From a cyanobacterium endosymbiont of Epithemia turgida isolate EtSB Lake Yunoko (GTDB lineage Bacteria > Cyanobacteriota > Cyanobacteriia > Cyanobacteriales > Microcystaceae), in the NCBI RefSeq assembly GCF_000829235.1, contig NZ_AP012549.1, positions 720,001-752,000 of the forward strand: a DNA stretch of 32,000 bases, in the 5' to 3' direction. Of the stretch, positions 30,951 to 32,000 are shown piece after piece. Each line of letters begins with the position of its first letter. The first letter of the stretch is position 1. The position numbers and the translations under genes were made by a program. Below the pieces are notes generated by a model, which searched no databases, was not told the origin of the DNA, and saw only the letters and a list, made by a program, of their open reading frames with translations.

Positions 30951-31514
30951 ATATAGGGTGATTTATCAGAAGGGAAGTAAGGATAACCCTATCTATTAGT
31001 TTAGTGCACCAACACATTCACTAAAATATCTTAATCATTGTTCCACTGCAGTCGCAGTAGAAATTATCGAAAGTCTACAATCTCTATGGAGTATCCTCTT
31101 CTTTAGCCTTCTTTTAAGAAGACAATTAAACGGTGAGGTTTTTAAAACTTCTGGGACAATTCCATAGATCGAAATCCTAGCAAATGATTCTGCGATCTTT
31201 AGATTTAATCCTGTCGTATACCCATAAGTATATTCCCCAAAACTCAGTATCACAAAGGTTATCCAGATTTGTAGAATCTAACTTTTAAAAACTTATTTTT
31301 AGACTGAGCAACTCAAATCCATCACGATCTTAGTGGTAAATTTTCTTGAGGGGAAGCACTTCTACTTGCATTTTGTCTCCTTGAACTGTCTGCTTCTCCC
31401 GTTCATAATTGTTGAAAATTTTCTTGATTTTATTAGGAAGATAACGCTATATTTTTGATATGATCAATAAAAGCAACGATCATTAAACTTCAATCAAGGA
31501 ACATTGATAACATC

Positions 31515-31910
31515 ATGACCGACAAACCAATCCCTTTAACGGGAAAAGCCCTACTTCAAAAAGTCAAAGAGCTATCCCACAAACCAAGGAGAGAAACAGC
31601 CAAAGATTGTGGCTATTACTCGGTTACAAAGGACGGGCAAGTCCGCGTTAATTTGACAGAGTTCTATGATGCAGTGTTGGGAGCAAAAGGAGTTCCTCTT
31701 GAGCCAGGAACTGCTAAAGATGGTCGAGGACGTGAACCCACCTACCGTGTAAGTGTCCACAAAAATGGTCAAATTGTCATCGGCTCAACATACACCCAAG
31801 AGATGGGATTGAAACCTGGAGATGAGTTTGAAATTAAATTAGGATACAAACACATTCACCTCAAACAAATTGGAGATGATGGAAGGGTTGTTGAGGAAGA
31901 AGCGGCTTAA
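31515..31910 (+). CDS. Cyanobacterial AbrB-family transcriptional regulator (cyAbrB / CalA-CalB type)
   Basis: 131 aa. The conserved N-terminal part is 'LTGKALLQKVKEL...ETAKDCGYYSVTKDGQVRVNLTEFYDAVLGAKG'. The C-terminal SpoVT/AbrB swapped-hairpin block is 'GQIVIGSTYTQEMGLKPGDEFEIKLGYKHIHL'. Confidence 0.88.
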   Translation: MTDKPIPLTGKALLQKVKELSHKPRRETAKDCGYYSVTKDGQVRVNLTEFYDAVLGAKGVPLEPGTAKDGRGREPTYRVSVHKNGQIVIGSTYTQEMGLKPGDEFEIKLGYKHIHLKQIGDDGRVVEEEAA

Positions 31911-32000
31911 GAATTATTTGATCTAGACAAAGATTATAGAATCTCTTAAGCCTAAAAAACTCCATTGGATGGGTTTACATTCACCTGTTTTTATTAGGGT

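Noticed and set aside
31035-31253. 72-aa minus-strand ORF between sdhB and cyAbrB.
   Set aside because: I could not match it to any family. The surrounding frames are full of stops. It is possibly another remnant, but it is not supportable as a gene.
1-32000. tRNA, rRNA, tmRNA, RNase P or SRP RNA genes.
   Set aside because: Scanning by eye found no T-loop GGTTCGAATCC-like motifs with matching acceptor stems and no conserved cores of the other RNAs. A covariance-model scan would be needed to be certain.

Overview
This window looks like cyanobacterial chromosome in an advanced state of reductive decay. Cyanobacterial markers are a cyAbrB regulator, the atpA-gamma pair, an FHA-fused class A PBP, a YtxH/DUF948 pair, nickel SOD sodN-sodX, and chlH remnants. 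Eighteen intact housekeeping CDSs are supported: atpA (partial), atpG/atpC, deoC, recO, an MFS transporter, pdhC (E2), DUF948, YtxH, purH, FHA-PBP1, cysK, purQ, purS, an M50 site-2 protease, an NHL-repeat propeller, sodX, sodN and cyAbrB. By ORF-coordinate arithmetic they cover only about 16.8 of 32 kb (~53%). The rest is long, very AT-rich spacer in which I can read recognisable gene corpses. These are a shattered, 3'-truncated Mg-chelatase chlH, a succinate dehydrogenase Fe-S subunit (sdhB) with stops, frameshifts and lost cluster cysteines, an MBL-fold hydrolase with a Trp->TGA lesion, and a gutted IS200/IS605-family tnpB with a possible right-end hairpin. Loss of chlH alongside retained ATP synthase, purine, cysteine, cell-wall and NiSOD genes suggests a non-photosynthetic, genome-reducing cyanobacterium. 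It resembles Crocosphaera/Cyanothece-clade endosymbionts such as diatom spheroid bodies, but that is inference, not shown. I found no rRNA, tRNA, CRISPR array, intact transposase, prophage or recognisable defence locus, and no clearly novel multi-gene system. The items most worth a second look are the pseudogene pattern, an NHL-propeller gene stranded in ~18% GC deserts that contain a 45-bp perfect palindrome, a 20-bp perfect palindrome in the probable sodN leader, the FHA-PBP fusion, and interleaved inverted repeats upstream of pdhC.
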